Shown in pieces: positions 16,358 to 25,525 of a DNA stretch of 35,489 nucleotides. A program made the position numbers and the translations under genes. Every line of letters starts with the position of its first letter. Positions within the stretch are counted from its first letter, which is position 1. Source of the stretch: a virus (lineage: Duplodnaviria > Caudoviricetes). The stretch covers positions 1-35,489 of IMG/VR virus record IMGVR_UViG_3300020044_000658; one strand, 5' to 3'. Below the pieces are notes generated by a model. That model was not told the origin of the DNA. It did no database searches and saw nothing but the letters and a program-made list of their open reading frames with translations.

Positions 16358-17008
16358 TTATGTAATGTTTGAGACAAAGCTCATTGTGACAATGGCTGAT
16401 GGGACTGCTGGCCGTGTGGGGCTTGTTCCAGCAGCGTATTGCTCAATGGACACACCCGTGTCGGTCGGCCTCCACATTATCTCAACATAGTTGGTCGCAT
16501 TTAAGCTGACAAAGTAATTCATGGCAGCAATGATATGGAATGGGTCGCCAACACCCTTTCTGGGTGCAAAGCCAAATCGGCTGTTTGAGTTGGCCACATT
16601 TGTGCCATTGACCCGAAACCAGACATCCACATCCTGAGAAGCATTTGTCGTGTTTGTAAACTGAATGGAAAACTGCAAGTTCCAGATTCCGGCATCGGCC
16701 ACAGTGATTCGGCTGCTACTGGCTATTGTCACGCCATTAGAAAAGTCTGTGGTGTTGAATGTGACTGGATAGGCCGTTGTGGTGTTGGCAGCCACCTGAT
16801 CGGTTGAATCTTGAAATGCCCCATGAGGCGCATTCATAAACCGACCACCCCTTGGTCCAAACAGAGACCCCAAGACAGTCGTCAGCTTTCTGAAGTAAAC
16901 ATTCAGTGAGCTGTTGTTTTCGTTGAAATGCCTGCGCTCATAGACCTCGGTCGGATAACCAAGGGCTGGTGGTGGTGGATTCTCAAGTTGTTGGGTTTGG
17001 CTTGCCAT
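16358..17008 (-). CDS. Tail needle/fibre-type protein with C1q/TNF-like beta-sandwich C-domain
   Basis: HGAF.D...VTFNTTD...ITVADAGIWNLQFSIQ...YVEIMW pattern. Confidence 0.6.
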   Translation of the reverse strand: MASQTQQLENPPPPALGYPTEVYERRHFNENNSSLNVYFRKLTTVLGSLFGPRGGRFMNAPHGAFQDSTDQVAANTTTAYPVTFNTTDFSNGVTIASSSRITVADAGIWNLQFSIQFTNTTNASQDVDVWFRVNGTNVANSNSRFGFAPRKGVGDPFHIIAAMNYFVSLNATNYVEIMWRPTDTGVSIEQYAAGTSPTRPAVPSAIVTMSFVSNIT

Positions 17009-17114
17009 GGTCTAATTTTGCCCTAAACAGACCCCAATAGATAAGTCTTTTCATTGACACAAAATCGGACTACGATAATTTTGCAGCAATTGGCTGCTTT
17101 AACTGGGGAATATC

Positions 17115-17342
17115 ATGAAATTTGAAATGGAATTCGGCTGGATTGAACCAGAGAAAATTACAGTGGAAACGCATGATTTTGACAAAATTCAGATCATTCA
17201 AGAATTTATCCTCTTTCAAGAAGAGCATGGCTGGGCTGTTAACTATGCCGCCACTGAGCTTGATGATGAAGACTTTGAAGATGAAGACGCTGAAGAAGAA
17301 GAAATCCCACCTTTCGCTTTAAACGCTCATGAGCCTTTGTAA
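17115..17342 (+). CDS. Small highly acidic protein, antisense to the late operon
   Basis: GGGGA RBS; TTGACA at 17054 upstream; DDEDFEDEDAEEEE tract. Confidence 0.7.
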   Translation: MKFEMEFGWIEPEKITVETHDFDKIQIIQEFILFQEEHGWAVNYAATELDDEDFEDEDAEEEEIPPFALNAHEPL

Positions 17343-17343
17343 G

Positions 17344-17487
17344 TTACTTTGCCAAAAGGTAAAGTCCCACATTTGAAAAAGCATAACCCGCATAGACAAT
17401 TGCCATGTGCGGGTTATCTTTCCACAGCTGCTCTCCAGCAATGTAGGCATAGATTGCCCCAGTCAGAATGATTAGCCAGGCGCTCAA
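17344..17487 (-). CDS. Small 2-TM membrane protein (47 aa, TTG start, not in the ORF track)
   Basis: MSAWLIILTGAIYAYIAGEQLWKDNPHMAIVYAGYAFSNVGLYLLAK; TTGA overlap with the upstream stop. Confidence 0.65.
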   Translation of the reverse strand: MSAWLIILTGAIYAYIAGEQLWKDNPHMAIVYAGYAFSNVGLYLLAK

Positions 17488-18470
17488 AATTCCCCCACAT
17501 CAATGACTTCACCCCTAAACTGGACCATGTCTTCGTCAAACTTGTGGACCAGCTCTGGCCACAATAACTGGCCATTAAAGAAGTTCAGCACCGCAAAGCC
17601 AGATCGGTGATTGCTTGGGTTGATCTCGGCATAGGTGAATTGAGGCCCATCAGTCTCAGCAAGTGTTCCCGTATCTACCCCGTATCTACACCCGTTATAG
17701 TCGCTGAATGGTGTGACTTTCAAAGAGTGCAAATGGCCAGTCACCACCGAGACCCCAGCATTCACAGTGTTATTGTGGGTGGCATGGACACCGCCTTTGT
17801 ATCGGTGCTTGATGATGCACTGCTCAGTGGGCCACACTGCCCAGCAGAAGTCCCATTCTGTAATGTGGTCAGTGAGCTTGAAACCTTTAACCTCTTTGAA
17901 TTGTGGCGCGTGTTGGGCCAGTCGGTTGCCAAAACGAATGTCATGGTTTCCCCATGTAAAGAGCAGCTTTACATTGTGTCTGGCTGCCTTGGCCACTTCC
18001 TCGATTTCACCCAATGCGCCTTGGCAGGCTTTCAATTCTTGAATGACTGAAGTTTGGGGGAGTTCAGTTACATCATGGCGTGATATAGATGCACCATCAA
18101 ACGCATCGCCATTGCAGATGATGGCCTTGGGCTTGAATTCTTGAATGGCCCACAATAATCCCTTAAATGCAGTTGTTCTTTGGCCAGGTATGAAATGCGC
18201 ATCAGAGAACACAATCACAGTGCCGTCTAGCATCCCAAGTTCTATTTGCTTGAGTGGACTGAATGACTTGGGTTTGTTTTTATCGTATTGCGTACCACGA
18301 TGGTCACTTGCATGAAGTGCCATGTTGTATTTTTGTTCAATATGTCTTCTGCGTAGATGAACAGCCCTATTGTGTATCCCTAGATGTTCAGCCATTTTTG
18401 TGGCAGATTGCAGTTGACCCCACAGCTGGATAAATTCGGTGTCAGTGCAAGTTTCGTTATGAGAACCCAT
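17484..18470 (-). CDS. Calcineurin-like metallophosphoesterase with N-terminal HTH-like segment
   Basis: SDAH, NGDAFD, GNHD, H, GHLH motifs. Confidence 0.85.
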   Translation of the reverse strand: MGSHNETCTDTEFIQLWGQLQSATKMAEHLGIHNRAVHLRRRHIEQKYNMALHASDHRGTQYDKNKPKSFSPLKQIELGMLDGTVIVFSDAHFIPGQRTTAFKGLLWAIQEFKPKAIICNGDAFDGASISRHDVTELPQTSVIQELKACQGALGEIEEVAKAARHNVKLLFTWGNHDIRFGNRLAQHAPQFKEVKGFKLTDHITEWDFCWAVWPTEQCIIKHRYKGGVHATHNNTVNAGVSVVTGHLHSLKVTPFSDYNGCRYGVDTGTLAETDGPQFTYAEINPSNHRSGFAVLNFFNGQLLWPELVHKFDEDMVQFRGEVIDVGEF

Positions 18471-18831
18471 GGGAATCCTTAATTAACAACTTTTCTAGCA
18501 GATTGACCACCCTATGCTCTTGTGTCTCAATCTCATCTTGAGATGACTTAGGGTCTTGGGCCACTGTCATAAGATCATGCAAAAAGACATGAAGCAGCTC
18601 ATGCAGGGCCGTCTGGTCCAAAGATTCCTTGGTAATTTTTTCCGCACCAAAATCACCCAAACGATAAGTCGCCAGTCTCGCGCCCTCATTGAATTCCACT
18701 GAGGCCATGGCATTCTTTGCAGGCTTCAATCCCTTCTCGATGCGCCAGTCGCCAAGATTAAGCACTTGCTGCCATTTTCTAACACTTTGTGCAAAGTGTG
18801 CAGCGTCTTCTGGTGTCGGAATGTTTGACAT
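18457..18831 (-). CDS. HExxH zincin-like protein
   Basis: ALHELLHVFLH followed by a downstream E(H). Confidence 0.65.
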   Translation of the reverse strand: MSNIPTPEDAAHFAQSVRKWQQVLNLGDWRIEKGLKPAKNAMASVEFNEGARLATYRLGDFGAEKITKESLDQTALHELLHVFLHDLMTVAQDPKSSQDEIETQEHRVVNLLEKLLIKDSHGFS

Positions 18832-18866
18832 ATCAACACCTTACTGAATGTTTGTTACAGTTTAGT

Positions 18867-19376
18867 TTAAGCCATGTCTAAACCAGCGGCCTTGACCTCT
18901 GCGACCCGTCTTGCCCATCCCTTGCCAAATGTGTTCCAAGTTGGTAGATCGTGCAAAAAAGACAAGCGCCTGTCGTTGTAGGCGCTGACCAGTTCATTGG
19001 CATCCATACTGGCCACGGCCTGCAAGGTCTTGGGACCAATGCCGCCATCAGGATCGACACCGACAGCTGCTTGCAGCCACTTGGCAGCCCTGCCTGGTCC
19101 AGAGTTAATGGCAGCGTCAAAGACGCAATAATCGACACCGGCAGGCAGATCATCACCCTTGACCTTGTCCCAATATTTGGCTTTGTACATTGGGCCGACA
19201 ATCTCTGGGGTCAGGCCGCGCATGGTCTTCTCATCGACCTCATGGCCCACCCACTCTTCCCAGACCCGTTTGGTCACACCAAGGTTGGTCATGCCACCTG
19301 GATCAGCTGGGTGGTTGACATAGCCACCTTCATGGTGCAGCACTGCTTTCAAGCAAGATTCAAAGTTCTCTTTCAT
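18867..19376 (-). CDS. Endolysin, glycoside hydrolase family 108 with PG-binding domain
   Basis: HEGGYVNHPADPGGMTNLGVT; DGGIGPKTL; FGKGWARR. Confidence 0.92.
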   Translation of the reverse strand: MKENFESCLKAVLHHEGGYVNHPADPGGMTNLGVTKRVWEEWVGHEVDEKTMRGLTPEIVGPMYKAKYWDKVKGDDLPAGVDYCVFDAAINSGPGRAAKWLQAAVGVDPDGGIGPKTLQAVASMDANELVSAYNDRRLSFLHDLPTWNTFGKGWARRVAEVKAAGLDMA

Positions 19377-19780
19377 TTTTTCACCCTATCAGCAATTTTT
19401 TCCATAGTCCGACCACCAAAATAGAACGACATGACCAGCATCCCCCACTGGCCCAGTAATTCGACATAAGCACCACGGGTCTCAAGATCAAAGATGGATG
19501 CAATGGCAAAGCCAGAATAGGCCACCAAAAGGAATACAAGGGTCATAGGCCGTATATTTTTAGACAGCCAAGAGTCACTGGCCATATCCGCTTCAGCGCG
19601 TCTGGTGACGTTTTCTTGCTCCACCTCAAAGAGCTTGGTCTCATTGGCCATCTTGGCCAGCTCACCATCTTGGAGCATTTTGGCCAGTTCAAACTGGGCC
19701 TTGGCTTTGGCCTCTGGATCAGGTATCAGTTTGTCGATCAGCTTCCCGCCCACTTGCAGCAGCGCATCTAGTCCCATCAT
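19373..19780 (-). CDS. Holin (GTA 3TM holin-like)
   Basis: GKLIDKLIPDP, DSWLSKNIRP, FYFGGRT.EK; directly upstream of the endolysin. Confidence 0.8.
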   Translation of the reverse strand: MMGLDALLQVGGKLIDKLIPDPEAKAKAQFELAKMLQDGELAKMANETKLFEVEQENVTRRAEADMASDSWLSKNIRPMTLVFLLVAYSGFAIASIFDLETRGAYVELLGQWGMLVMSFYFGGRTMEKIADRVKK

Positions 19781-20024
19781 TTTTGCTCTCCTTTGGTTTG
19801 TCGTCTTCAGATTGGTTGAGTTTGATTCCGCTTAGAAACCCGATCATGCCCCCGATCAGAGTGCTGAATGCTGGGCTGATCATTTTGAAGATTTCCCCGT
19901 TGTCCACTTCCTTGGCCCACAAACCGAGGATAAAGGCTGCGACCATGGCCAAAACTGAGATGCACAATGTAATGCTCACCATAAAGGTGACGTAAAAGGT
20001 CAGCTTCTCTTTTGTGTTTTCCAT
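19719..20024 (-). CDS. 2-TM membrane protein in the lysis cassette
   Basis: Two hydrophobic helices; GAGG RBS. Confidence 0.65.
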   Translation of the reverse strand: MENTKEKLTFYVTFMVSITLCISVLAMVAAFILGLWAKEVDNGEIFKMISPAFSTLIGGMIGFLSGIKLNQSEDDKPKESKNDGTRCAAASGREADRQTDT

Positions 20025-20032
20025 CAGTCACC

Positions 20033-20272
20033 TCATGCATACAAGTCTATTTTTCGGTTCTGGAATATCTCAATTCTAAGTCTGGCCTGCTCTGCATTCT
20101 TTGAGTAAATCTCAAAAGCCAAGTCCTCAATCGCAATCTGGGTCCTCTTTTGTTCCAGTTGCGCGTTCTGCACCTCTTGCTGCTTTAGCATCTTGCGCTC
20201 GACCAGGTCATATTCCTGTGGGTATCCAGAGGGCATGACCATGGGAAACATTCTGATGGCATCAATGGTCAT
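20033..20272 (-). CDS. Hypothetical coiled-coil protein
   Basis: ATGA overlap with the upstream gene. Confidence 0.6.
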   Translation of the reverse strand: MTIDAIRMFPMVMPSGYPQEYDLVERKMLKQQEVQNAQLEQKRTQIAIEDLAFEIYSKNAEQARLRIEIFQNRKIDLYA

Positions 20273-20559
20273 TTTGGTTTCTCCCTTTGAACAGCTCGCT
20301 CGTAGAAGTAAAGCACCTTGCCTCTCAGCTCTTGGGAATCAGCGACACCGGCCCATTCAGATAGCTTGTTCCAGATTCCCACCAGCTGCTCGGCAGAGCA
20401 AGTGTCCCCGTTTCTGGTCAGCCAGATGGACATCTGCTCATGCCTGGTGCTTGGGTTTCCGATCCAGCTGACGCTGTACAGATCGATGGGGTTGCACCTT
20501 GTCTGCTGGGCCAGAACAAGGAAAGATAATAAAAGGATTAAAAGAATGGCCCATCTCAC
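20269..20559 (-). CDS. Secreted/periplasmic Cys-containing protein (GTG start at 20559)
   Basis: Signal-peptide-like RWAILLILLLSFLVLA; two Cys; GTGA overlap. Confidence 0.6.
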   Translation of the reverse strand: MRWAILLILLLSFLVLAQQTRCNPIDLYSVSWIGNPSTRHEQMSIWLTRNGDTCSAEQLVGIWNKLSEWAGVADSQELRGKVLYFYERAVQREKPK

Positions 20560-20648
20560 GACATAGCCCAAACGATGATGTAAAAACACCAGACGACAGT
20601 AATGCAAAAAAGGGCTGCGCTTGTAACAGCGAAAGCCCAATCTTTCAT
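20556..20648 (-). CDS. 30-aa single-TM peptide (not in the ORF track)
   Basis: MKDWAFAVTSAALFCITVVWCFYIIVWAMS; start/stop overlaps on both sides. Confidence 0.55.
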   Translation of the reverse strand: MKDWAFAVTSAALFCITVVWCFYIIVWAMS

Positions 20649-20872
20649 TTTTTAATCCAAGTCTGCCAGACAGCACCAGCAGCCATAACTAGGCCACCAA
20701 CCCAAAGTAAAGGCTTGGCAATAGAAGCCACCCAACTCAATACTTTAAAAGCACCATCAAGGGCATTTATAGCCTCTACAAGACCTTTTGTGTTCTTGTC
20801 GATGGAATCTACCTTAGTCTCTACTGCAATGAGTCTGTTATAGATTTGTTCGTGAGTGACTTCTTCTGTCAT
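20645..20872 (-). CDS. Coiled-coil plus C-terminal TM protein (XhlA/holin-like)
   Basis: RLIAVETKVDSI...hydrophobic C-terminus ending in KK. Confidence 0.6.
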   Translation of the reverse strand: MTEEVTHEQIYNRLIAVETKVDSIDKNTKGLVEAINALDGAFKVLSWVASIAKPLLWVGGLVMAAGAVWQTWIKK

Positions 20873-21237
20873 GACACTTCAACCCAAGTTAACTGTTCTT
20901 CATTCCAAGAATAAACTTTGCCGTTAGTTGGGTATGGTGTTGGGGCTTCCCAAACACATGATGTTTCATTCAATGACCAACTTGCAAATGGTTTTGGAGG
21001 AATAAACGCATCACGACTTGAATCGTATGAGTAACCAATGCCAGCATAGTTTTTACGATATGGTGTGCCGCCACTTGTATGAACACCGCCACTTGTGTTG
21101 TAGCTTGTGCGCTTGCAAGTTTGACCACGAAACTCACCATAGTGCTGCTCCCAATCAATACCATCCTCACCCTCATCTTTACCTACGATGACTTCAGTAA
21201 CAATGTTGTTGGTGTCTAAAAATGCGTAATGAGCCAT
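20869..21237 (-). CDS. Tail-fibre-associated protein (possible chaperone)
   Basis: MAHYAFLD.NNIVTEVI, KRTSYN, RKNYAGIGY, DAFIPPKPFASW; typical partner of Gly-rich fibre genes. Confidence 0.7.
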   Translation of the reverse strand: MAHYAFLDTNNIVTEVIVGKDEGEDGIDWEQHYGEFRGQTCKRTSYNTSGGVHTSGGTPYRKNYAGIGYSYDSSRDAFIPPKPFASWSLNETSCVWEAPTPYPTNGKVYSWNEEQLTWVEVS

Positions 21238-21246
21238 ATTGTTCCT

Positions 21247-22122
21247 TTAAGCCCAAGACACATTGCCTGTGCCAGCAGTAATGGTTGTGCGTTTATTTGA
21301 GCCTACTGTTGCAGTTGTTCCAGTTAAACCAGCCCCGATTGTGATTGTGTACGCAGATGGATACCAAAGAATAACAATACCAGAACCGCCATTTCCACCA
21401 AGCCCCTGATTACCAGAGCCTCCACCTCCACCGCCTCCTGTGTTGGGAGTTCCAGGAAATCCGTTTTGAGTGGTGTTGTTTGCATTTCCACCACCATTTC
21501 CACCACCACCAGCTCCACCTGTGGCATTTGCAGAGCCAGCTTCATAACGACCACCGCCACCACCACCAGAATATGTAGCACCACCCAAGTTTGCACTAGC
21601 CGCAGTACCCGCACCACCATTACCAGAAATTGTGTTAGTTGCGGGAGAATTGCCTCCAGCTGCACTAGCACCACCACCGCCAGCAGTTAAACCATAGTAG
21701 CCACCATAACTTCCACCATTATTTCCTTGACTTGGTGATGTGCTAGGTGTGTTTCCATAGCCAAAATTATTACTATAACCAGCACCGCCACCAGAGCCTC
21801 CAGATGTTGCTAAATTTCCTCCAGCCGCATTTCCACCAATACCGCCACCAGCAGATGTAATAGTGCTAAAAACGGAATTAGAACCTGATGTTCCAGCAAC
21901 ATCTTCTGTTGCGCCTCGTGTTCCACCACCGCCAACAGTTACTGTGTAGTTTGTGCCAGTAGCAAAAGAAAAGCCTGTGGCAGTCCGAAAACCACCAGCA
22001 CCACCACCACCACCTACACCACCAGTTCCAGAGCCACCACCAGCAACTACCAGATATTCAACTTCTTTGGCTGCACCGCCAGCCATAGCTGACATTAGTT
22101 TAGTATAAGCAAACATTAGCAA
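21247..22122 (-). CDS. Glycine-rich tail fibre / receptor-binding-type protein
   Basis: VEYLVVAGGG...GGGGAGG...YTVTVGGGG...GGSGIVIL Gly-rich domain. Confidence 0.75.
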   Translation of the reverse strand: MLMFAYTKLMSAMAGGAAKEVEYLVVAGGGSGTGGVGGGGGAGGFRTATGFSFATGTNYTVTVGGGGTRGATEDVAGTSGSNSVFSTITSAGGGIGGNAAGGNLATSGGSGGGAGYSNNFGYGNTPSTSPSQGNNGGSYGGYYGLTAGGGGASAAGGNSPATNTISGNGGAGTAASANLGGATYSGGGGGGRYEAGSANATGGAGGGGNGGGNANNTTQNGFPGTPNTGGGGGGGSGNQGLGGNGGSGIVILWYPSAYTITIGAGLTGTTATVGSNKRTTITAGTGNVSWA

Positions 22123-22125
22123 TCC

Positions 22126-22665
22126 TTATGGTGTGTAACCTTGGGCAACGCTTCCATACCAGTTTGTTCCATCAGCAACAAAGGTCAAAATGTCCATCTT
22201 TCCTGCTGTTGCAGTAATGGTAGGCGCACCATTAGTACCCCATTTAACACTTGTAAATGTTGCCGTTCCATTACCAGTAGCAGCAGCCTGTTTAAGCAAC
22301 AACACAAATGATTTACCAGCGGTAGCAGTTGGCATTGTGAATGTGCAAGCAGTTGAGGCAGTCAATGTTGCTGTTTGAACAGTTCCACTTGTCAATGCTA
22401 TTGTGCTTGCTGTCGTGACAGTACCAATCGCAACAACAGATTCTGTGTAATTAGTAATCGTTGGGTTTGTAGATAAAACATTGCTTCCTGATCCTGTACT
22501 TGTGCCAACACCCGTGCCACCTTTAGTGACTTTAAGTAATGGGCCGGCATCAAACAATGCGTCAATGCTGTCCAGATCGGTGTTGATCTTTGTTCCCCAG
22601 GTATCTGTGGATGCACCGACCTCTGGCTTGGTCAGCAATAGATTTGTGGTGGTTGTATCTGCCAT
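22126..22665 (-). CDS. Tail fibre protein (N-terminal anchor plus short beta domain)
   Basis: [32 protein letters not shown] anchor; [14 protein letters not shown] end; ATG at 22665. Confidence 0.7.
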   Translation of the reverse strand: MADTTTTNLLLTKPEVGASTDTWGTKINTDLDSIDALFDAGPLLKVTKGGTGVGTSTGSGSNVLSTNPTITNYTESVVAIGTVTTASTIALTSGTVQTATLTASTACTFTMPTATAGKSFVLLLKQAAATGNGTATFTSVKWGTNGAPTITATAGKMDILTFVADGTNWYGSVAQGYTP

Positions 22666-22673
22666 GTTTACCC

Positions 22674-23486
22674 CTATGCGGCTATTTGCCAAGTTTCGCT
22701 ATTATCGGCAATTGCAGTCCAAGTTTCGCTTGAATCACTAATTGCATCCCATGTTTCTGATTGGTCAGATATTGGGGTCCAGGTCTCTGAATTGTCAGAG
22801 ATCGCTGTCCAAGTTTCTGCCGTGTCGTTTTCGTTTTCCCATTTTAGTCTTGCATTGACTGCCATGGATGACGATTCTGTAAATGCCACTGCACCAGACT
22901 GCCTGCGCTGCGCATCTACCGCCATTTCGCTTGTGGCCACAATGACCAAGCCACTGCTGCCAATGATACTGGTGGACACTGTCAGAATCGATGTGTCAAC
23001 AATGTCAAACGCGCCAAATGCCACCCTTGTGGCGCTTGTGGCCATGGTGCTGGTGTCGCTGATGGCAATGGCAGCAGACGCATACCTGACACCGGACACC
23101 GACATGGTGCTTGTGTCGCTGATGCTGGCTGCGCCAATGGCATACCGCACACCGGCAATGGCCATGGAGCTGGTGTCGGAGATCGCTAGTGCTGCTCTAA
23201 GAATTGAATTGGCATTGACCACCATTGTGCTGGTGTCAGATATCGCCAAAGCGCCAAATGTGAACCTGGTCGCTGCCACCGACATGGTGGATGTGGCGCT
23301 GATGGCCACTGAAACATTTAAAACCGCTGTGGCCCCAACGGCCATGGTGCTTGTCGCAGATATTGCGACACTTGGCTCAAATGTGCCTCTGGAGTAGTTT
23401 CCCTTGCCGTAGGAGCCGTAGCCGTAGCCTACCCTTGGATCAGAGTATTGACCAGCGCCAAAATTCCCTGATCCATAAGATGCCAT
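22674..23486 (-). CDS. Ser/Thr-rich repeat virion protein
   Basis: ~19-aa AISDTSTM repeats; five ETW.AI.D 10-aa repeats at the C-terminus; YG-rich N-terminus. Confidence 0.7.
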   Translation of the reverse strand: MASYGSGNFGAGQYSDPRVGYGYGSYGKGNYSRGTFEPSVAISATSTMAVGATAVLNVSVAISATSTMSVAATRFTFGALAISDTSTMVVNANSILRAALAISDTSSMAIAGVRYAIGAASISDTSTMSVSGVRYASAAIAISDTSTMATSATRVAFGAFDIVDTSILTVSTSIIGSSGLVIVATSEMAVDAQRRQSGAVAFTESSSMAVNARLKWENENDTAETWTAISDNSETWTPISDQSETWDAISDSSETWTAIADNSETWQIAA

Positions 23487-23487
23487 A

Positions 23488-23883
23488 TCAAGCCAAAGTG
23501 ATGCTCAATGAAGTCGCTGGAATGCGCAGCACATCGCCATCATTGATGGTTCGAGCTGTGGACAATGGCGCCCAGGCTAATAGATTGCCAGATGTACTTG
23601 CATCAAAAATTCCAGCCCAGCCGACTGATCCCCAGTTCCCGCCAGAAGCAGCTGCAAACTCGATGGCCGCTGCATTAGTGAATGTCGTGGCTGTGCCAGA
23701 GCCTGAGATCGTGCCAGTCACCACCCGTGCGTAGCCACTGCCAGACACCTCAGTGCCTCCACCCGTGTCGCTTGGTGCAGCCGTGAAAAGGCCAACATAC
23801 CAAGCAGTGGGGCGTGTGGCCGTGTTTGTTGTAAATAGAAAATTTAAAACTAGGTTTTCGCTGTAATCGGTAAAAGATGACAT
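23488..23883 (-). CDS. Virion structural / tail-associated protein
   Basis: YVGLFTAAPSD.GGGTEVSGSGYAR...IFDASTSGNLL conserved phage family pattern. Confidence 0.75.
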   Translation of the reverse strand: MSSFTDYSENLVLNFLFTTNTATRPTAWYVGLFTAAPSDTGGGTEVSGSGYARVVTGTISGSGTATTFTNAAAIEFAAASGGNWGSVGWAGIFDASTSGNLLAWAPLSTARTINDGDVLRIPATSLSITLA

Positions 23884-23891
23884 ATCAGTCC

Positions 23892-24515
23892 TTATCCAAA
23901 AGTCTTTGCACGGGTTAGCAATGCACCACCAGAAGATGCACCGCGATCATCGGCAGTTTGTGAGTCGTTCAAGGCTCGCTCATAGAGTGTTGCCCATGTC
24001 TGGATTCTCGCATCATCTTGCAAGTATGGGGCAGCTTGCAATAGCGCGCCATACAGATAAATGTCGGGGTTTGCAGTCAAAAGCCAGTTGGTGGCCACGC
24101 TGCTTGATAACTTTGTTAACTTTGCGTAATAGGTCAGCTCGGTGGTGTAGTTACTGTCTGGTGTCGGGACAATTCTAAATTGGCCACCGACCACACCAAA
24201 AAATCTAGGCTTGCCACTTCCAGTATATTCAGCTGCCTTGTTGTCCAAGGCATCAATGCTCAAAAATTCCAATGGGGTCTGGGGGTTTGTGCTTGTGAGC
24301 TTCAAAGACTTTGTCTCCAAGAAGTCACTTGGCACAGCGCCATATTCCGCATCAAAAGACGCATTGGCCCTGACGATCATCTGCCTGGTGCGCAGTGTTC
24401 GCTCCACTTGTGCCTCGGCCAGAGAGATAAAGTCAGGAATGACAGAAGTCAGGTCCGACCGGTTAAGCCAGTCACCAATGGATGTCTTCAGTTCTGTATA
24501 TGTGCTAAGTGCCAT
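23892..24515 (-). CDS. Head-tail adaptor / tail tubular A-like protein
   Basis: YTELKTSIGDWLNRSDL...FISLAEA...NWLL...PDIYLYGAL.QAAPYL.DD.RI. Confidence 0.8.
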   Translation of the reverse strand: MALSTYTELKTSIGDWLNRSDLTSVIPDFISLAEAQVERTLRTRQMIVRANASFDAEYGAVPSDFLETKSLKLTSTNPQTPLEFLSIDALDNKAAEYTGSGKPRFFGVVGGQFRIVPTPDSNYTTELTYYAKLTKLSSSVATNWLLTANPDIYLYGALLQAAPYLQDDARIQTWATLYERALNDSQTADDRGASSGGALLTRAKTFG

Positions 24516-25164
24516 CTTTCGCCTCTTTGTCCATTTCCTCTTTCACAACCCAAGTGTGAGGGTGGCCAAACTCAAAAGTGCCAATGTGGCCAATCTCTTG
24601 AGAAACATCATGGTCGATGTAAACCTTGTAACCCAGCTCTTGAGCTTTCTTACAAAAGAACACATCCTCACCCATGTAGCCCCGTGTGGTCTGCCAAGGC
24701 ATATCAAACCATGGCTCAGACATACCCTCAAACACCTCGCGCTTGATCAGCATTATGCCCGTTCCAATGCTTCCCACCTCTTCCAATCCAGTCGAATCTG
24801 GCATGGTGTAGACGGGGATTCGTTTGCCATCAGCATCATAGTTCTGGGCAGTTGGTCCAGTTGGCATTCTGCGCCTGGCACAGTTGGCAGCCACAATGTG
24901 TTTGTCGTGCTTTAAAAGTCTTTCCACCATATCTTGGGGAAATGTCATGTCTGAGTCAATGAAGAGAATGTGTGTGCATCCCTCTCTCATGGCATCCAAG
25001 CAAAGGTCAGCCCTTTGGTTTTGAATGATCGTGCCTTGCATCAATTTCAGACTAATAGCGTCTTCGGTGTTGAGTGTGTGATAAGCCACCATATTGACCA
25101 TGCAATAGCAATAGTTGGTGTGGACTTGGTCACGGGCAGGGGTGCAGACTGCAATGTAGTTCAT
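24505..25164 (-). CDS. GT-A fold glycosyltransferase
   Basis: IAVCTP, THILFIDSD (DxD), GTGIMLIKREVF, GEDVFFC, GHIG. Confidence 0.85.
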   Translation of the reverse strand: MNYIAVCTPARDQVHTNYCYCMVNMVAYHTLNTEDAISLKLMQGTIIQNQRADLCLDAMREGCTHILFIDSDMTFPQDMVERLLKHDKHIVAANCARRRMPTGPTAQNYDADGKRIPVYTMPDSTGLEEVGSIGTGIMLIKREVFEGMSEPWFDMPWQTTRGYMGEDVFFCKKAQELGYKVYIDHDVSQEIGHIGTFEFGHPHTWVVKEEMDKEAKDGT

Positions 25165-25478
25165 ACTTTCCCAGGTCTAGTTCTAAAAAATTGATTGTCG
25201 GAGTCGTTGAGCCATTTTTTCATGTACTCCTGATCATCGATCTTGCCCTCGGCCTTCATCTTGTAATAAAGGGATTCGGGGATGGATGCCACCAAGTGCC
25301 ATTCACCAGTCCAGTTGGCTTTTTCGTCTGTGGCGTTGTATAGAGCCTTATTGGCCTCCACCACCGCAGTCACATCTTGTTCTGTTTGGATCGTCACATC
25401 GCCAGTCTCAGCATTCTCATGCCAATAGCGTTTGATGCCTTGATCTTTGTTTTCGCTAAATAGTCTTTTGTGAATCAT
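25161..25478 (-). CDS. Conserved hypothetical protein downstream of the capsid gene
   Basis: QDVT.VVEANK, VASIP, KKWLNDSDN.FFRT. Confidence 0.75.
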   Translation of the reverse strand: MIHKRLFSENKDQGIKRYWHENAETGDVTIQTEQDVTAVVEANKALYNATDEKANWTGEWHLVASIPESLYYKMKAEGKIDDQEYMKKWLNDSDNQFFRTRPGKV

Positions 25479-25481
25479 GTT

Positions 25482-25511
25482 AAAAAAAGGGCCAAGTTTC
25501 CCTGGCCCTTT
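25482..25511 (-). terminator. Rho-independent terminator after the major capsid gene
   Basis: Minus strand AAAGGGCCAGGGAAACTTGGCCCTTTTTTT. Confidence 0.8.
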
Positions 25512-25525
25512 CAGTTTACCTTCGA

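Noticed and set aside
22792-23397. 201-aa + strand ORF
   Set aside because: Antisense shadow of the repetitive Ser/Thr/Ala gene; no RBS or family motif.
24180-24915. Long + strand ORFs (188 and 234 aa)
   Set aside because: They lie antisense to the well-supported adaptor and glycosyltransferase genes and have no motifs.
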